Assembly (NCBI GenBank): GCA_963677595.1
Contig: OY782041.1
Span: 128,001-192,000, forward strand
Direction of reading: 5' to 3'
Source of the DNA: Spirochaetia bacterium
GTDB taxonomy: Bacteria; Spirochaetota; Spirochaetia; CAKZLE01
Length of the DNA stretch: 64,000 nt
Shown here: piece after piece, positions 29,231 to 39,396 of the stretch
How the letters are laid out: each line of letters starts with the position of its first letter
How positions within the stretch are numbered: the stretch's first letter is position 1
Notes under the pieces: model-generated
Databases searched by the model: none
What the model was told of the DNA's origin: nothing
What the model saw: the letters and a program-made list of their open reading frames with translations, nothing else
Program-made: the position numbers and the translations under genes

Positions 29231-30256
29231 CTACTTCTTGTGGATCGGCCCTGTTGATTCGCGTATCTCAAGCTCCACAGGGAGTGTTATCTCGTCCGCA
29301 TTCCCTTCCTGGTCCTTATCCTGGATCAACTTATAGAGCAATCCAAAAGCTTTCTCACCTAATTCATATCGCGGGACGATCATCGTTGTAATAGGGGGAT
29401 CTGTGAACATACCGTATTTGATCCCGCCCCAGCCTATCAGGGAAATATCATCTGGAACATTCAAACCCCGCTTCTTCACCGCCCTCAGAGCCCCGATGGC
29501 ACTCAGGTCAGCGGCCCCGATGATCACGGTAGGCATCGTGTCAGCATCAAGGAACTCCTCAGCTATCCATTCTCCCTGTTCCATGGACAGATCGGAATAC
29601 GTGTACTGAATATAGCGGCTCAGCCCATGGGTTTCCATGATCCTCTTATAGGTTTCGATCTTGATGGCATTTGACCCGGAATTCTCCGGACCGGCGATCA
29701 TGGAGATCCTCTCATGTCCCAGCTCAAGCAGGTGGTTCATCAGTATCTCCATCCCCGATTCGATCTCCAGTTTGATCCTGTGAAAGCCATCTTCAAAATT
29801 ATCCTCGGATATGAGTATGAATGGGATATGCTTCTCCAACTCCTTGAGCTTTCCCAATAGGGGGTCAACAATCTGAAGCGGAGTAGAATAGATGATACCG
29901 TCTATACTTCTATTCTGCAGTATGTTCAGGTTCTCTATGATATTCTCCTGTTTCCAGTCCCCATTACAGACCATGACGGAGTAAGACTCATTCCGGGCAT
30001 ATTCCTCTATCCCATGCAGCACGTCGTAGATATACGGGCTGGTTATATCTTCACAGATCAGACCGATAGCCTGACTCTTCTTCGCTTTCAGGGTCTTCGC
30101 GGTAATATTAGGTTCGTATCCAAGCTCCTCGATAGAGCGATTCACGACAGTCCTTGTCTCATCCGAGACCCGGTTCAACCCGTTGACAACTCGAGATACT
30201 GTACTGATAGCTACACCAGCATGCTTAGCGACATCTTTGATTGTTACAGTACTCAC
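29231..30256 (-). CDS. LacI-family transcriptional regulator
   Basis: TIKDVAKHAGVAISTVSRV HTH, LGYEPN, VPDDISLIG, RESTG. Confidence 0.96.
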   Translation of the reverse strand: MSTVTIKDVAKHAGVAISTVSRVVNGLNRVSDETRTVVNRSIEELGYEPNITAKTLKAKKSQAIGLICEDITSPYIYDVLHGIEEYARNESYSVMVCNGDWKQENIIENLNILQNRSIDGIIYSTPLQIVDPLLGKLKELEKHIPFILISEDNFEDGFHRIKLEIESGMEILMNHLLELGHERISMIAGPENSGSNAIKIETYKRIMETHGLSRYIQYTYSDLSMEQGEWIAEEFLDADTMPTVIIGAADLSAIGALRAVKKRGLNVPDDISLIGWGGIKYGMFTDPPITTMIVPRYELGEKAFGLLYKLIQDKDQEGNADEITLPVELEIRESTGPIHKK

Positions 30257-30293
30257 GATCCTCTCCTATCTTTTTCTGTACATCCAACGATCC

Positions 30294-31139
30294 TCAGCTG
30301 GTCCTTGCCTGAGAGGTGTCAAGTCCCGGATCCCAGCACTCCGGCACCAACCGCTTGAGAATCCCCATGATCAACTCGACCATCTCTCCCTGTACCTGCT
30401 TCCCAACGGAGATCACCTCTTGGTGATCCAGGGGCTTATCCAAGACGCCTGCGGCCATGTTCGTCGCACACGAGAGTCCGATCACCTCCAACCCCACATA
30501 ATTCGCGACGATGACCTCGGGAACGGTCGACATCCCTACCAGGTCCGCACCCAGGATCCGGGCCATACGGACCTCTGCGGGGGTCTCGTAGCTGGGACCG
30601 TTGAAGGCCATATAGACCCCCTCTCTCAAAGGCTTCACCTGCTGAACCAACGACCTGAGCTCCTTGGAATAGGGATCGCTCATATCCGGGAACCTCGGCC
30701 CCAGTTCCTCCGTGTTGGGTCCCATCAGGGGATTCATTCCCATATAGTTTATATGATCTTTCAGCAGAATGATATCCCCCGGAACATAGTCCAGATTCAC
30801 AGCCCCGGCTGCGTTAGTGATGATCAGCTTCTTCACCCCGAGCCGTTTCAGCAGGACAACAGAGAGAATAAGATCATCAGTATCCTGCCCCTCATAATAG
30901 TGCAGTCTGCCTGCCAGTACGATGACCTTTTCCCCGATCTTCAAGATACCGGAATGCCCGGAAACTGAACCTATAGGCATCTCATCGATAGCTGAATACG
31001 GTATTTCGAGCCCATCAATATAGTCTGCAACACTGGACAGGCCTGAACCAAGGATCACCCCGACCCCAGGCTCTGCATCAGTCCTCTTCCTGACAGATGC
31101 CAGGGCACGATCGACTCTCCTGTTGAAATCTCTCTTCAT
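30294..31139 (-). CDS. punA: Purine nucleoside phosphorylase (trimeric PunA type)
   Basis: LGSGL, GRLHYYEG, TNAAG, GPRFPDM, GPSYETPAE, VGMSTVPE, TNMAAG. Confidence 0.93.
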   Translation of the reverse strand: MKRDFNRRVDRALASVRKRTDAEPGVGVILGSGLSSVADYIDGLEIPYSAIDEMPIGSVSGHSGILKIGEKVIVLAGRLHYYEGQDTDDLILSVVLLKRLGVKKLIITNAAGAVNLDYVPGDIILLKDHINYMGMNPLMGPNTEELGPRFPDMSDPYSKELRSLVQQVKPLREGVYMAFNGPSYETPAEVRMARILGADLVGMSTVPEVIVANYVGLEVIGLSCATNMAAGVLDKPLDHQEVISVGKQVQGEMVELIMGILKRLVPECWDPGLDTSQARTS

Positions 31140-31153
31140 AGTATACCTCAGTT

Positions 31154-32053
31154 CTATTTCGTGTCCACAAAATGACGTCCGACATATTTCGGGGCCCTGA
31201 TATTCCTCACTGCGACAACCAGCACAAGCAGCGTGATGAGATAGGGGATCATCTGTATGAATTGTGAAGGCACCCCATAGCCCTGCAGGTTGATCTGGAC
31301 AGCCTCAGCCAACCCGAAGATCAGGCTGCTGAACAGTATGCCAAGCGGCGAATAATTCCCCAGGATATTGATCACCACGGCGATGTATCCCCGGCCGGCC
31401 GTCATCTCCCGGACGAAGAGATCCAGATGATCTATGGAGAGAAAGGCTCCAGATACCCCGGCAAGGATACCGCAGACAGCGACTCCAAGATATTTGTACG
31501 TGTTAACCGGTATACCGGCAGTAGCGGCTGCATAGGGGTTCTCCCCCACTGACGTGAGATGGAATCCCAGTATTGTTCTCTTGAACAGATATACCGATCC
31601 TATCAATACGATCACGGCGATGATCGCAATAGGGGTAATCAGGTTCATCAGAGCCCCGCTGCCGAACAGCGGTTCGAACGAAGCAGTCTGGGGAGAGTTA
31701 CCCCTGCTTCCCCAGAACTCCTGGAGCAGCAGCGTGGTGATCCCGATCGAGAGGAAATTCAGCCCGACTCCGCTTATGATATGGTTCACGTGGTAGCGTA
31801 TCGTGAGTATGCCATGCAGCAAGGCGATCAGCAAGCCTGATAAGATAGCGAACAGGAGGCCAATGTACGGATCCCCGAAGTAGAAGGCACCTGCGGTTGC
31901 ACCAAAAGCCCCTGCAAGCATCATTCCCTCGAGTCCGAGTGCCATGATACCGACCTTGGCAGAATACATCCCCCCCAGCGCTGCTAATAGAAGAGGTATG
32001 GACATACGTAAGGTGGTTGAGCCTATCACGGTTATTAGATCAAAGAACTCCAT
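31154..32053 (-). CDS. Nucleoside/simple-sugar ABC permease
   Basis: LGLEGMML, GENPYAA..AGI, AGRGYIA, QMIPYLIT. Confidence 0.92.
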   Translation of the reverse strand: MEFFDLITVIGSTTLRMSIPLLLAALGGMYSAKVGIMALGLEGMMLAGAFGATAGAFYFGDPYIGLLFAILSGLLIALLHGILTIRYHVNHIISGVGLNFLSIGITTLLLQEFWGSRGNSPQTASFEPLFGSGALMNLITPIAIIAVIVLIGSVYLFKRTILGFHLTSVGENPYAAATAGIPVNTYKYLGVAVCGILAGVSGAFLSIDHLDLFVREMTAGRGYIAVVINILGNYSPLGILFSSLIFGLAEAVQINLQGYGVPSQFIQMIPYLITLLVLVVAVRNIRAPKYVGRHFVDTK

Positions 32054-33125
32054 GTGATCCCTCCTGTCGTTTCCTGAGTCTCCTGAATGGTTTTGCTGCT
32101 GCTTCCTTGATTGCTATCATCATATTGGGTGCGGCAACGAAGATGATGATCATGGCCTGCAAGACCCCAACGAAATCAGAAGGAACTCGTGAAATTCTCT
32201 GCACAACCATCGCCCCGTTCTTGAAGATGCCGAACAGTACTCCGGAAAAGATGATCCCTATGATATTCCCCGATGCCAGGGCCGATACAGCGACCCCTGA
32301 GAACCCGAACCCGCTTGAGAACCCATCGATGAATCGGTAATTGATACCCATCACCTGGAATGCCCCGGCAATCCCCCCGATGGCACCGCTGAAGGCCATA
32401 GAGAGGATGATCATCCTGTCCACTTTTATACCGGAAGCCCTTGCTGCACGCTTGTTCTTCCCAACGACTCTCAGGGTATAGCCGAAGACAGTCTTCTTGA
32501 TGATGAAATAACATACGACAGCGATCAGGACAGCGAGTACGAACGTCATACTGAATTGCGTCTGGGGTATGACCCGTTTTATTATTGCTGTATCCCGAAG
32601 CCGTGCCGTCTGAGCCACCAACTCACTTGCTTTCAGGGGATAATTGACCAGATAACTGCAGAGGCTCACGGCAATCGAATTAAGCATGATGGTTGTTATC
32701 ACTTCATGCGCATTGAACTTGACTTTGAGATACCCTGCGATCCCTGCCCAGAGTCCTCCGCCCAGGGCTGCAGCGAGAATCACAGCGAGATGGTGGATGA
32801 CCCCCGGGAGGGGGACATAGATACCAACGAGGGCGGCAACCATCGCCCCAATATACAATTGCCCCTCTGTCCCTATATTTATCATTCCTGCCTTGAAAGC
32901 CACAGCAAAGGAGACCCCCGTAAGGATCAGGACAGTAGATTGGCTCAATGTCTGGAGCATGGCATAGAGGTTTCCCATAGCTCCTGAAATTATCGCTGCA
33001 TACACTGACAATGCTGAGTAACCGAAAAGGGCCATGAACAGACTGCTGCAAAATACAGCCGCCAATAACGCCATAAGAGGAAGAAGGAGCTTGCTCGCGT
33101 GTATGTGTCTATCTAATCCTTTCAT
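32040..33125 (-). CDS. Nucleoside/simple-sugar ABC permease
   Basis: NIGTEGQ, EVITTIMLN, G.TLRVVG.N..AA..SGI, GFSG. Confidence 0.92.
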   Translation of the reverse strand: MKGLDRHIHASKLLLPLMALLAAVFCSSLFMALFGYSALSVYAAIISGAMGNLYAMLQTLSQSTVLILTGVSFAVAFKAGMINIGTEGQLYIGAMVAALVGIYVPLPGVIHHLAVILAAALGGGLWAGIAGYLKVKFNAHEVITTIMLNSIAVSLCSYLVNYPLKASELVAQTARLRDTAIIKRVIPQTQFSMTFVLAVLIAVVCYFIIKKTVFGYTLRVVGKNKRAARASGIKVDRMIILSMAFSGAIGGIAGAFQVMGINYRFIDGFSSGFGFSGVAVSALASGNIIGIIFSGVLFGIFKNGAMVVQRISRVPSDFVGVLQAMIIIFVAAPNMMIAIKEAAAKPFRRLRKRQEGSHGVL

Positions 33126-34638
33126 TTCCACTCCCCTCACGACCAATGTGGGCACCTGTCATATACAGGCCTAACTCCCTGTCGGTAATCTCTTCAGGAT
33201 CACATTCCTTGACGAACTCTCCCTTGAACATGACAAGCATCCGATCACTTAAGCTCTTCACTTCATCAAGATCGGCAGATATGAGCAGGACAGCATTACC
33301 CTGATCCCTGAAATCCCGTATTGCCTTGTGTATGTATTCCATAGCACCAACATCGACTCCCCTGGTAGGCTGGGATATGATCAGGACTTGCGGGTGATTA
33401 CTCAAGACTCTCGCGATGATGATCTTCTGCTGGTTCCCTCCCGACAGGGTTTCGACCTCAGTCTCACTGGAAGGTGTCTTGATCCTGTATTGATCAATGA
33501 GGCGCTCCGCTGCGGCTGAGATCTTCTTCATGCTCAGCACCCCGAAGCTCTTCAGTGATCTTTCATGATGATACCCAAGGATGAGATTCTCACTGACGGA
33601 CATATCCTCCACAAGTCCTTCCAGGTTACGATCCTCATAGACGAAGCCGATACCCTTTTTGAGTATCGCTTCTGTCTCACCTGGTATCGACTCATCGAGG
33701 ATGCTCACTTCCCTGCAGGAAGCATCTCTCAAACCGGCAAGGACCTCTACCAACTCCGACTGCCCATTCCCATCAACACCAGCGATCCCAAGGATCTCCC
33801 CCTTCCTGATCGATAATGAGACATCACGGAGTGAACAGCGATCAGCTTCCTCGGTGGTGATCCGGTGAATGAAGAAGAACGGTTCACCGATGGATGCAGC
33901 GGGATGCCTCTCATACAAGGATACTTCACGTCCTACCATATACTCCGCAAGATCATGCCGTGTCTTGTGTTCAGGATTGATGGTATCAGCAACATTGACA
34001 CCATCCCGCAGGATCGAGATGACATCTGCGATCTCCAGTGCCTCATGGAGTTTATGGGTGATAAGCACAATCCCTTTACCTTGGGTCTTCAAAGACCTGA
34101 TCATATTGAAGAACTCAACGACTTCATTCGGCGTCAGGACTGCAGTGGGTTCATCAAGGATGAGAATCTCAGATTTCCTATATAGGAGCTTCAGGATCTC
34201 GATCTTCTGCTTCTCCCCCACAGAAAGCTCCTTGACTTTTCGGGAAAGATCAATAGCTATCCCGACAGCAGCTGCAAGGTCATCAACGACAGCTTTCATC
34301 CTGAGGCGATCGAACCTTGCCCCCTGTCTCGGCTCGAATCCGATGACGATATTCTCATACCCGCTGAACTCATCGACTAGCATGAAGTGCTGGTGTACCA
34401 TACCAAGACCAAGTCGAATCGCTTCGGAGGTATTCTTGATGACAACCTGTTCTCCATCTATGCATATACTGCCGTTGTCAGGTACATACATGCCATAGAG
34501 GATCTTCATGAGGGTAGACTTGCCGGCGCCGTTCTCCCCAAGAATGACATGGATCTGTTCTCTCTCTATCCGTAGATTCACCATATCAAGGGCCTGTACC
34601 CCGGGGAAACTCTTCGATATTCCGTGTAACTCAATCAT
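33109..34638 (-). CDS. CUT2 ABC ATPase with two NBDs
   Basis: GENGAGKST, MVHQHF, LDEPTAVL, ITHKL, LSGGNQQK, QPTRGVDVG. Confidence 0.95.
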   Translation of the reverse strand: MIELHGISKSFPGVQALDMVNLRIEREQIHVILGENGAGKSTLMKILYGMYVPDNGSICIDGEQVVIKNTSEAIRLGLGMVHQHFMLVDEFSGYENIVIGFEPRQGARFDRLRMKAVVDDLAAAVGIAIDLSRKVKELSVGEKQKIEILKLLYRKSEILILDEPTAVLTPNEVVEFFNMIRSLKTQGKGIVLITHKLHEALEIADVISILRDGVNVADTINPEHKTRHDLAEYMVGREVSLYERHPAASIGEPFFFIHRITTEEADRCSLRDVSLSIRKGEILGIAGVDGNGQSELVEVLAGLRDASCREVSILDESIPGETEAILKKGIGFVYEDRNLEGLVEDMSVSENLILGYHHERSLKSFGVLSMKKISAAAERLIDQYRIKTPSSETEVETLSGGNQQKIIIARVLSNHPQVLIISQPTRGVDVGAMEYIHKAIRDFRDQGNAVLLISADLDEVKSLSDRMLVMFKGEFVKECDPEEITDRELGLYMTGAHIGREGSGNERIR

Positions 34639-34655
34639 CAGTCAACTCCCGATAC

Positions 34656-34687
34656 TCCTGCCCTTAAGTATACCACCAAGGGCAGGA
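34656..34687 (-). other. Intercistronic stem-loop after the binding-protein gene
   Basis: TCCTGCCCTT-12 nt-AAGGGCAGGA, a perfect 10-bp stem. Confidence 0.65.
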
Positions 34688-34706
34688 TCCAAGATCAGAA
34701 CCTTCT

Positions 34707-35771
34707 CTACTCGAACCTGTTCTCAGTTACCCAGGCATCGACATCTTCAACGTTCTTCGGAGGAACGATCTTCCCAGCCACGAGATCCTGTCGTATGGCT
34801 TCGACCTTACTGACGATATCTTCCGGGATCTCAACATTACTGCCCTCATTCGAATACCCTACAGCTGATTCCTTGATGCCCCAGACATCAATCCCTGCTG
34901 ACCATGCTCCTTCGACATAATTCCTGATATCATTGAAGATGATCTCATTCACATTCCTGATAGCAGTAGCCGGGATATAATCAGGCTCGACCCTGTTCTG
35001 GTTCGCACCAACCCCGAAGGCATAGGCTCCGGTCTCTACTGCCGCATTGATGATCCCTAAACCTGAACCGCCCGCCAGCAGCTGGATGAAATCAGCACCT
35101 TTTCCATACATTGACAAGGCAATCTCTTTTCCCTTACCAGGATCATTGAAGGAACCGACATCCCCGACGAGTACCTCGATCTGGGGATCGACATATCGTG
35201 CACCTGCCGAGAAACCTGCAATACCATTCCGTAACGTCGGGAGATTCATTCCTGTGATGATCCCAATCTTCTTCTCATCACTCTTGATCATCGGGAATCC
35301 TTCCCTCCCTGTCATAAACCCTGCAAGCACTCCTGTCAAGAACGTCTGATCCTCAAATTTCGTAAAGATCGAGTGGACATTCGGCATATCGAGAGAGCCG
35401 TCGATCAAGGTGAAATCCTGGTCCGGGAAATCTGCGGCGATGATCGTCAATGACTCAACCTGATCTGCCCCGATCGCGACTATAAGATCATAATCCCCCG
35501 CAGCCGCAAAGCTTCGCTGCTGCATCTCGTAGTCACTGATCGTCTCAGGTTCTCCATAATCATAGGTTATGCCCAACTCCTCACCTGCTGCGACGAGACC
35601 GTCATATGCCATATCATTGAAATTGTTGTCTCCAAGACCTGATGTGGTCAGGATCAACCCTACTTTCATCACACCTGAATCCTCAGCCGCTGCCTCCTGC
35701 TTACCCGAAGCGAAGAGACTGCCTGCTGCCAGCAGGACTACACACATGACCAATACTACCTTGTTACCCAT
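34707..35771 (-). CDS. BMP-family nucleoside-binding protein
   Basis: Spirochaete-style signal LFASGKQE, GLGDNNFN, GSFNDPGKG, AGGSGLG. Confidence 0.9.
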   Translation of the reverse strand: MGNKVVLVMCVVLLAAGSLFASGKQEAAAEDSGVMKVGLILTTSGLGDNNFNDMAYDGLVAAGEELGITYDYGEPETISDYEMQQRSFAAAGDYDLIVAIGADQVESLTIIAADFPDQDFTLIDGSLDMPNVHSIFTKFEDQTFLTGVLAGFMTGREGFPMIKSDEKKIGIITGMNLPTLRNGIAGFSAGARYVDPQIEVLVGDVGSFNDPGKGKEIALSMYGKGADFIQLLAGGSGLGIINAAVETGAYAFGVGANQNRVEPDYIPATAIRNVNEIIFNDIRNYVEGAWSAGIDVWGIKESAVGYSNEGSNVEIPEDIVSKVEAIRQDLVAGKIVPPKNVEDVDAWVTENRFE

Positions 35772-35886
35772 AACTCTGTTCCTCCATCATCTTCTTTTGA
35801 TTCCCATACTCTCTATCAATGATACAGATATACCATCTGTACAATCCTCTCATGCACACTGTTCCGCGGCAGATGTTACGAAACGT

Positions 35887-37341
35887 CTATTCCCGATGCT
35901 CCAGATAATCAACCAGCTTCTTCGGCAGCCTGTCGCCGAAGAAGCTGCGGTCCGTCAGTTCCTGCCCCAGTTTCAGCATGCCCAGACCCTTGATTCTCTT
36001 CCCGGTATCGAACGGGTCCCGGTACTCGGCTATCTTCTCAAGCAATGTCTTCTCAAGACTCGCTGCTATCTCGCTGTACGCTGGATCATTGATGAAGTTA
36101 TGTTCTTCATTCGGGTCATGCTTCCTGTCGATCAACAATCGAGTCTCCCCATCAAGCCAAGCGTTCTGGGTCCTGGCATACGTATACCGTTCAGTCTTGA
36201 TCCCTCTCCAGAACCCAACCCAGGCTGACCGGGTCGGCATACCTGTCCCCAGGTTCTGAAGATATACTGTATCATTGGGTATATCTTCTGTTTCGATGAT
36301 CGCCTCAGAATAGTCCGTACCCTGGCACTGTGGTGGTTCGATACCACAGAGACCGAGTATGGTAGGCAGGAAATCAACAGATCCGATGAAACCCCGGTTT
36401 CTGTTGTGTTTCCTGGTTACACCGGCATCTTTGATGATCAGGGGGATATGGACGGACTCTTCATAGGGGGTTCCTTTTGCCGCCCGCATATTCTCGGGAA
36501 GCCAATCGTCATCAGGATGCCCATATCCGTGAACTCCCATATGCTCTCCATGATCAGAACTGAATACGATTACCGTATCATCATAGAGGTCCTGTTCTTT
36601 CAGGTATTGGATGATTCGGCCGAACTCAACATCCATCGCCGTGATCATCCCGTAATAATCAGCTGTATCCCGCCTGATCTGGTGTCTGATCTTATGGGGA
36701 ACACTGTCAGGGACCGGCATCTCAGCAGGATCATACTGGTCATACTGCTGAGGATACAGCCCGAACAGTCTCTGTTCATTGTTGATGATGGTATCATCAC
36801 CCCATGAAGAGTGCGGGATCCCCCAGGCAAGCACGAGTGCAAAAGGTTTCTCAGCATCCCTGTTATCAAGTACTTCCATAGCCAGGTCAGTCTCCCTGGT
36901 CGGAGAGAATTCCCTGATCTCATAGGGGCCCTTCTCATTGTGCCAATAGTCTATCTTGTAGTAGTTATGCAGACAGTTATAGGCTAGCATATCATCAAAC
37001 CCATACCGCTTATCCTCTGTGTACGGTCCATACCCCAGATGCCATTTCCCTACATAGGCGGAATAGTATCCTTCATCGCGCAATATCTTCGTCAGGAGGG
37101 TGTCAGTATCCTTCAATCTGTACTCATTGCACATAACACCATTCTTATGTGAGTAGTTCCCAGAAAGCAGCTGCCCCCTGAACGGGGAACAGAGCGGACA
37201 ACAGGAATACGCATGATCGAACACTGTTGAGTCCTTCGCATACGCATCCAAATACGGTGTCTGCACATACCGGTTCCCATTCACGGCTATCGAATCGTAT
37301 CTCAGTTGATCAGCAAAGATGAATAGAATGTTTTTTTTCAT
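35887..37341 (-). CDS. Sulfatase (Cys-type formylglycine family)
   Basis: NILFIFADQLR, CSPFRGQLLSG (CxPxR), GKWHL, SSDHG, K..PYEES.HIPL, DPNE..N. Confidence 0.93.
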   Translation of the reverse strand: MKKNILFIFADQLRYDSIAVNGNRYVQTPYLDAYAKDSTVFDHAYSCCPLCSPFRGQLLSGNYSHKNGVMCNEYRLKDTDTLLTKILRDEGYYSAYVGKWHLGYGPYTEDKRYGFDDMLAYNCLHNYYKIDYWHNEKGPYEIREFSPTRETDLAMEVLDNRDAEKPFALVLAWGIPHSSWGDDTIINNEQRLFGLYPQQYDQYDPAEMPVPDSVPHKIRHQIRRDTADYYGMITAMDVEFGRIIQYLKEQDLYDDTVIVFSSDHGEHMGVHGYGHPDDDWLPENMRAAKGTPYEESVHIPLIIKDAGVTRKHNRNRGFIGSVDFLPTILGLCGIEPPQCQGTDYSEAIIETEDIPNDTVYLQNLGTGMPTRSAWVGFWRGIKTERYTYARTQNAWLDGETRLLIDRKHDPNEEHNFINDPAYSEIAASLEKTLLEKIAEYRDPFDTGKRIKGLGMLKLGQELTDRSFFGDRLPKKLVDYLEHRE

Positions 37342-37361
37342 CGTGTCTACCTCAAACCACT

Positions 37362-37379
37362 TGTCGTAACGTTACGACA
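37362..37379. promoter_or_regulatory. Perfect 18-bp palindrome, likely LacI-family operator
   Basis: TGTCGTAAC|GTTACGACA with a central CG, lying over the predicted transcription start. Confidence 0.8.
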
Positions 37380-37381
37380 TC

Positions 37382-37410
37382 ATACTACCACACACTATTG
37401 TAGTTGTCAA
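37382..37410 (-). promoter_or_regulatory. Sigma70 promoter of the sulfatase-nucleoside operon
   Basis: TTGACA-17 bp-TAGTAT with an extended TG. Confidence 0.8.
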
Positions 37411-37524
37411 ATCGTTTTTACAAGCAAATCTCAGTTCACACCAACGTAATCATGGTTCACATTACTGAGATATAAATCACCCAAGCCCCTTCCTCAATAC
37501 CGCTTTGCCTGATAGAGTGGGAGT

Positions 37525-38202
37525 ATGACATTGATGAATAGAATTGCGAACAGCTTCTTCAGGGGACTCCTTCGCGTCACCTGCAGATTAGATAGAGAAG
37601 AATTGAAGAAGGTACCACAGACCGGCCCGATGATCATCATCACCAACCATATCAACGTACTCGAGGGCCCCTTGCTCTACCTCTTCATGAGGCCGAGGAA
37701 CACCATCGCCATGGCGAAGCAGGAACTGTGGAACCATGCCTTCACGAAGAGGATCATGGAGTGGTGGGAATGTATCCCCGTGAACCGGGGGATGCTCGAC
37801 CGGGATGCGATGAATGCCTGTTTCAGGGTGCTCGATGATGAGGACCTCCTGTGCATCGCACCGGAAGGGACGAGGAGTCCCGACGGGAGGCTGCAGCAGG
37901 GGAAGGCGGGAACCGGGTTCATCGCGGCGAAGAAGCGTGTCCCGATCCTCCCGATCGCCAACTTCGGGATGGAGGATTACCTGAAGAACTTCAAGCGCCT
38001 GAAGCGTACCCCGGTCTCGATCCGGGTCGGGAAACCGTTCATGGTCACGATAGACAAGAAGCGGCTCTCTGCCGAGGAGCGCCAGGGCCTCACTGATGAG
38101 ATGATGATCAGGCTGGCGAAACTGATGCCGGATTCCTATCACGGGTTCTATGCATCGATGATAGACAAGCCCCTGACGATGACCGGGCCGGTCACCGTCT
38201 GA
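37525..38202 (+). CDS. Lysophospholipid acyltransferase (PlsC family)
   Basis: NHINVLEG (HX4E variant), IPVNR, APEGTRS, ILPI. Confidence 0.9.
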   Translation: MTLMNRIANSFFRGLLRVTCRLDREELKKVPQTGPMIIITNHINVLEGPLLYLFMRPRNTIAMAKQELWNHAFTKRIMEWWECIPVNRGMLDRDAMNACFRVLDDEDLLCIAPEGTRSPDGRLQQGKAGTGFIAAKKRVPILPIANFGMEDYLKNFKRLKRTPVSIRVGKPFMVTIDKKRLSAEERQGLTDEMMIRLAKLMPDSYHGFYASMIDKPLTMTGPVTV

Positions 38203-39393
38203 TCAGAGCCGTTCGCAGAAGATCGAGTGGATCTCCTCTGCCGTGAGAGCGGCAGGGGTATTCTTCAGCCCGGTCTTCTTCGAGAGATCCTTCAACTCCC
38301 CTTCTGAGAAACCGAACTCACCGAGCCGCTGGATCCCGAAGGACTCTTCCCATGAAGAGAGCACCTCGACCAGGAGCTCAAGCCCCTTGTCGATACCCCC
38401 GGCGGGAAGGTTCATGAGGGCGTAACCGGCCTGGGCATACTTCAGGAGGGATGCACTGTTCCCATCCTGCTTCAGGTGCCTGATGACCGTCTCTGAGGCT
38501 GCCCGCACCAGCGTTCCGCAGACCACCCCGTGCGGGATCTCCCGTGCCGCTCCCAGCGGGGAGGCAGCACCATGGACGACCCCAAGGTCCGCATTGGCCA
38601 GGGTCACCCCGGAAAGGTATGCGGCGTACGCCATCTGGGTCCTTGCCTCCATATCATCGGAGAGCGTTCCGTCAATGATGCCGGGCAGCACCCTTCCCGC
38701 AAGGCTGAGTCCCTGGATCGCCAGGGCATCGGTGAACGGGCTTGCCTTGGTTGAGACGTATGCTTCGAGCAGCTGCGTCACCGCATCGAGTCCCGATGCA
38801 GCCGAGACGGATCTCGGGCAGGAGATCGACAGCGTCCCGTCAAGGACGGCCAGGTCCGGCACATACCGCATATGGCGGAGTGACTTCTTGAACCCGTTCT
38901 CCCCTACTGAGCTGATCACGGCATTCTTGGTAGCCTCGGTACCGGTGCCTGAGGTCGTCGGGACAGCGATGAGCCCGACCCTCATCCCTGAAGGAGTAAG
39001 CGTGCCCACCCCCTCGAGGTAATCCTTCACATGGCATGAACGATGCTCCCTGCCTTCAGCGAGCATCGCTGATACGGCCTTGGCCGCATCGATGACGCTT
39101 CCCCCGCCGATACCGATCACGCAGGAGCACCCGCCTGACAGGTGAGCTTCCGTGATCGCATCGACGATCTCAGGGGAGGGCTCCCCGGCCACATGTGCTG
39201 TCGTGACCTGGATCCCCTTTTCTACGCAGAGGCTGAGAAAGAGCCCCAGCTGCCCGGAGCGCTCCAGGGAACTCCCCCCGATGCACAGCAGGACCTCCTC
39301 ATGGCCCATGGCTTCCAGCCATGCGGGGACCTTCTTCACGGCTTCGGGGCCGACTTCAAGCTGCGGGAGGGCAGCGAGTGAGAATGCTTCCAT
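38203..39393 (-). CDS. Iron-containing alcohol dehydrogenase
   Basis: GIGGGSVIDAAK, VPTTSGTGTEAT, GLDAVTQLLEAY, LGVVHG, PHG. Confidence 0.93.
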   Translation of the reverse strand: MEAFSLAALPQLEVGPEAVKKVPAWLEAMGHEEVLLCIGGSSLERSGQLGLFLSLCVEKGIQVTTAHVAGEPSPEIVDAITEAHLSGGCSCVIGIGGGSVIDAAKAVSAMLAEGREHRSCHVKDYLEGVGTLTPSGMRVGLIAVPTTSGTGTEATKNAVISSVGENGFKKSLRHMRYVPDLAVLDGTLSISCPRSVSAASGLDAVTQLLEAYVSTKASPFTDALAIQGLSLAGRVLPGIIDGTLSDDMEARTQMAYAAYLSGVTLANADLGVVHGAASPLGAAREIPHGVVCGTLVRAASETVIRHLKQDGNSASLLKYAQAGYALMNLPAGGIDKGLELLVEVLSSWEESFGIQRLGEFGFSEGELKDLSKKTGLKNTPAALTAEEIHSIFCERL

Positions 39394-39396
39394 GTA

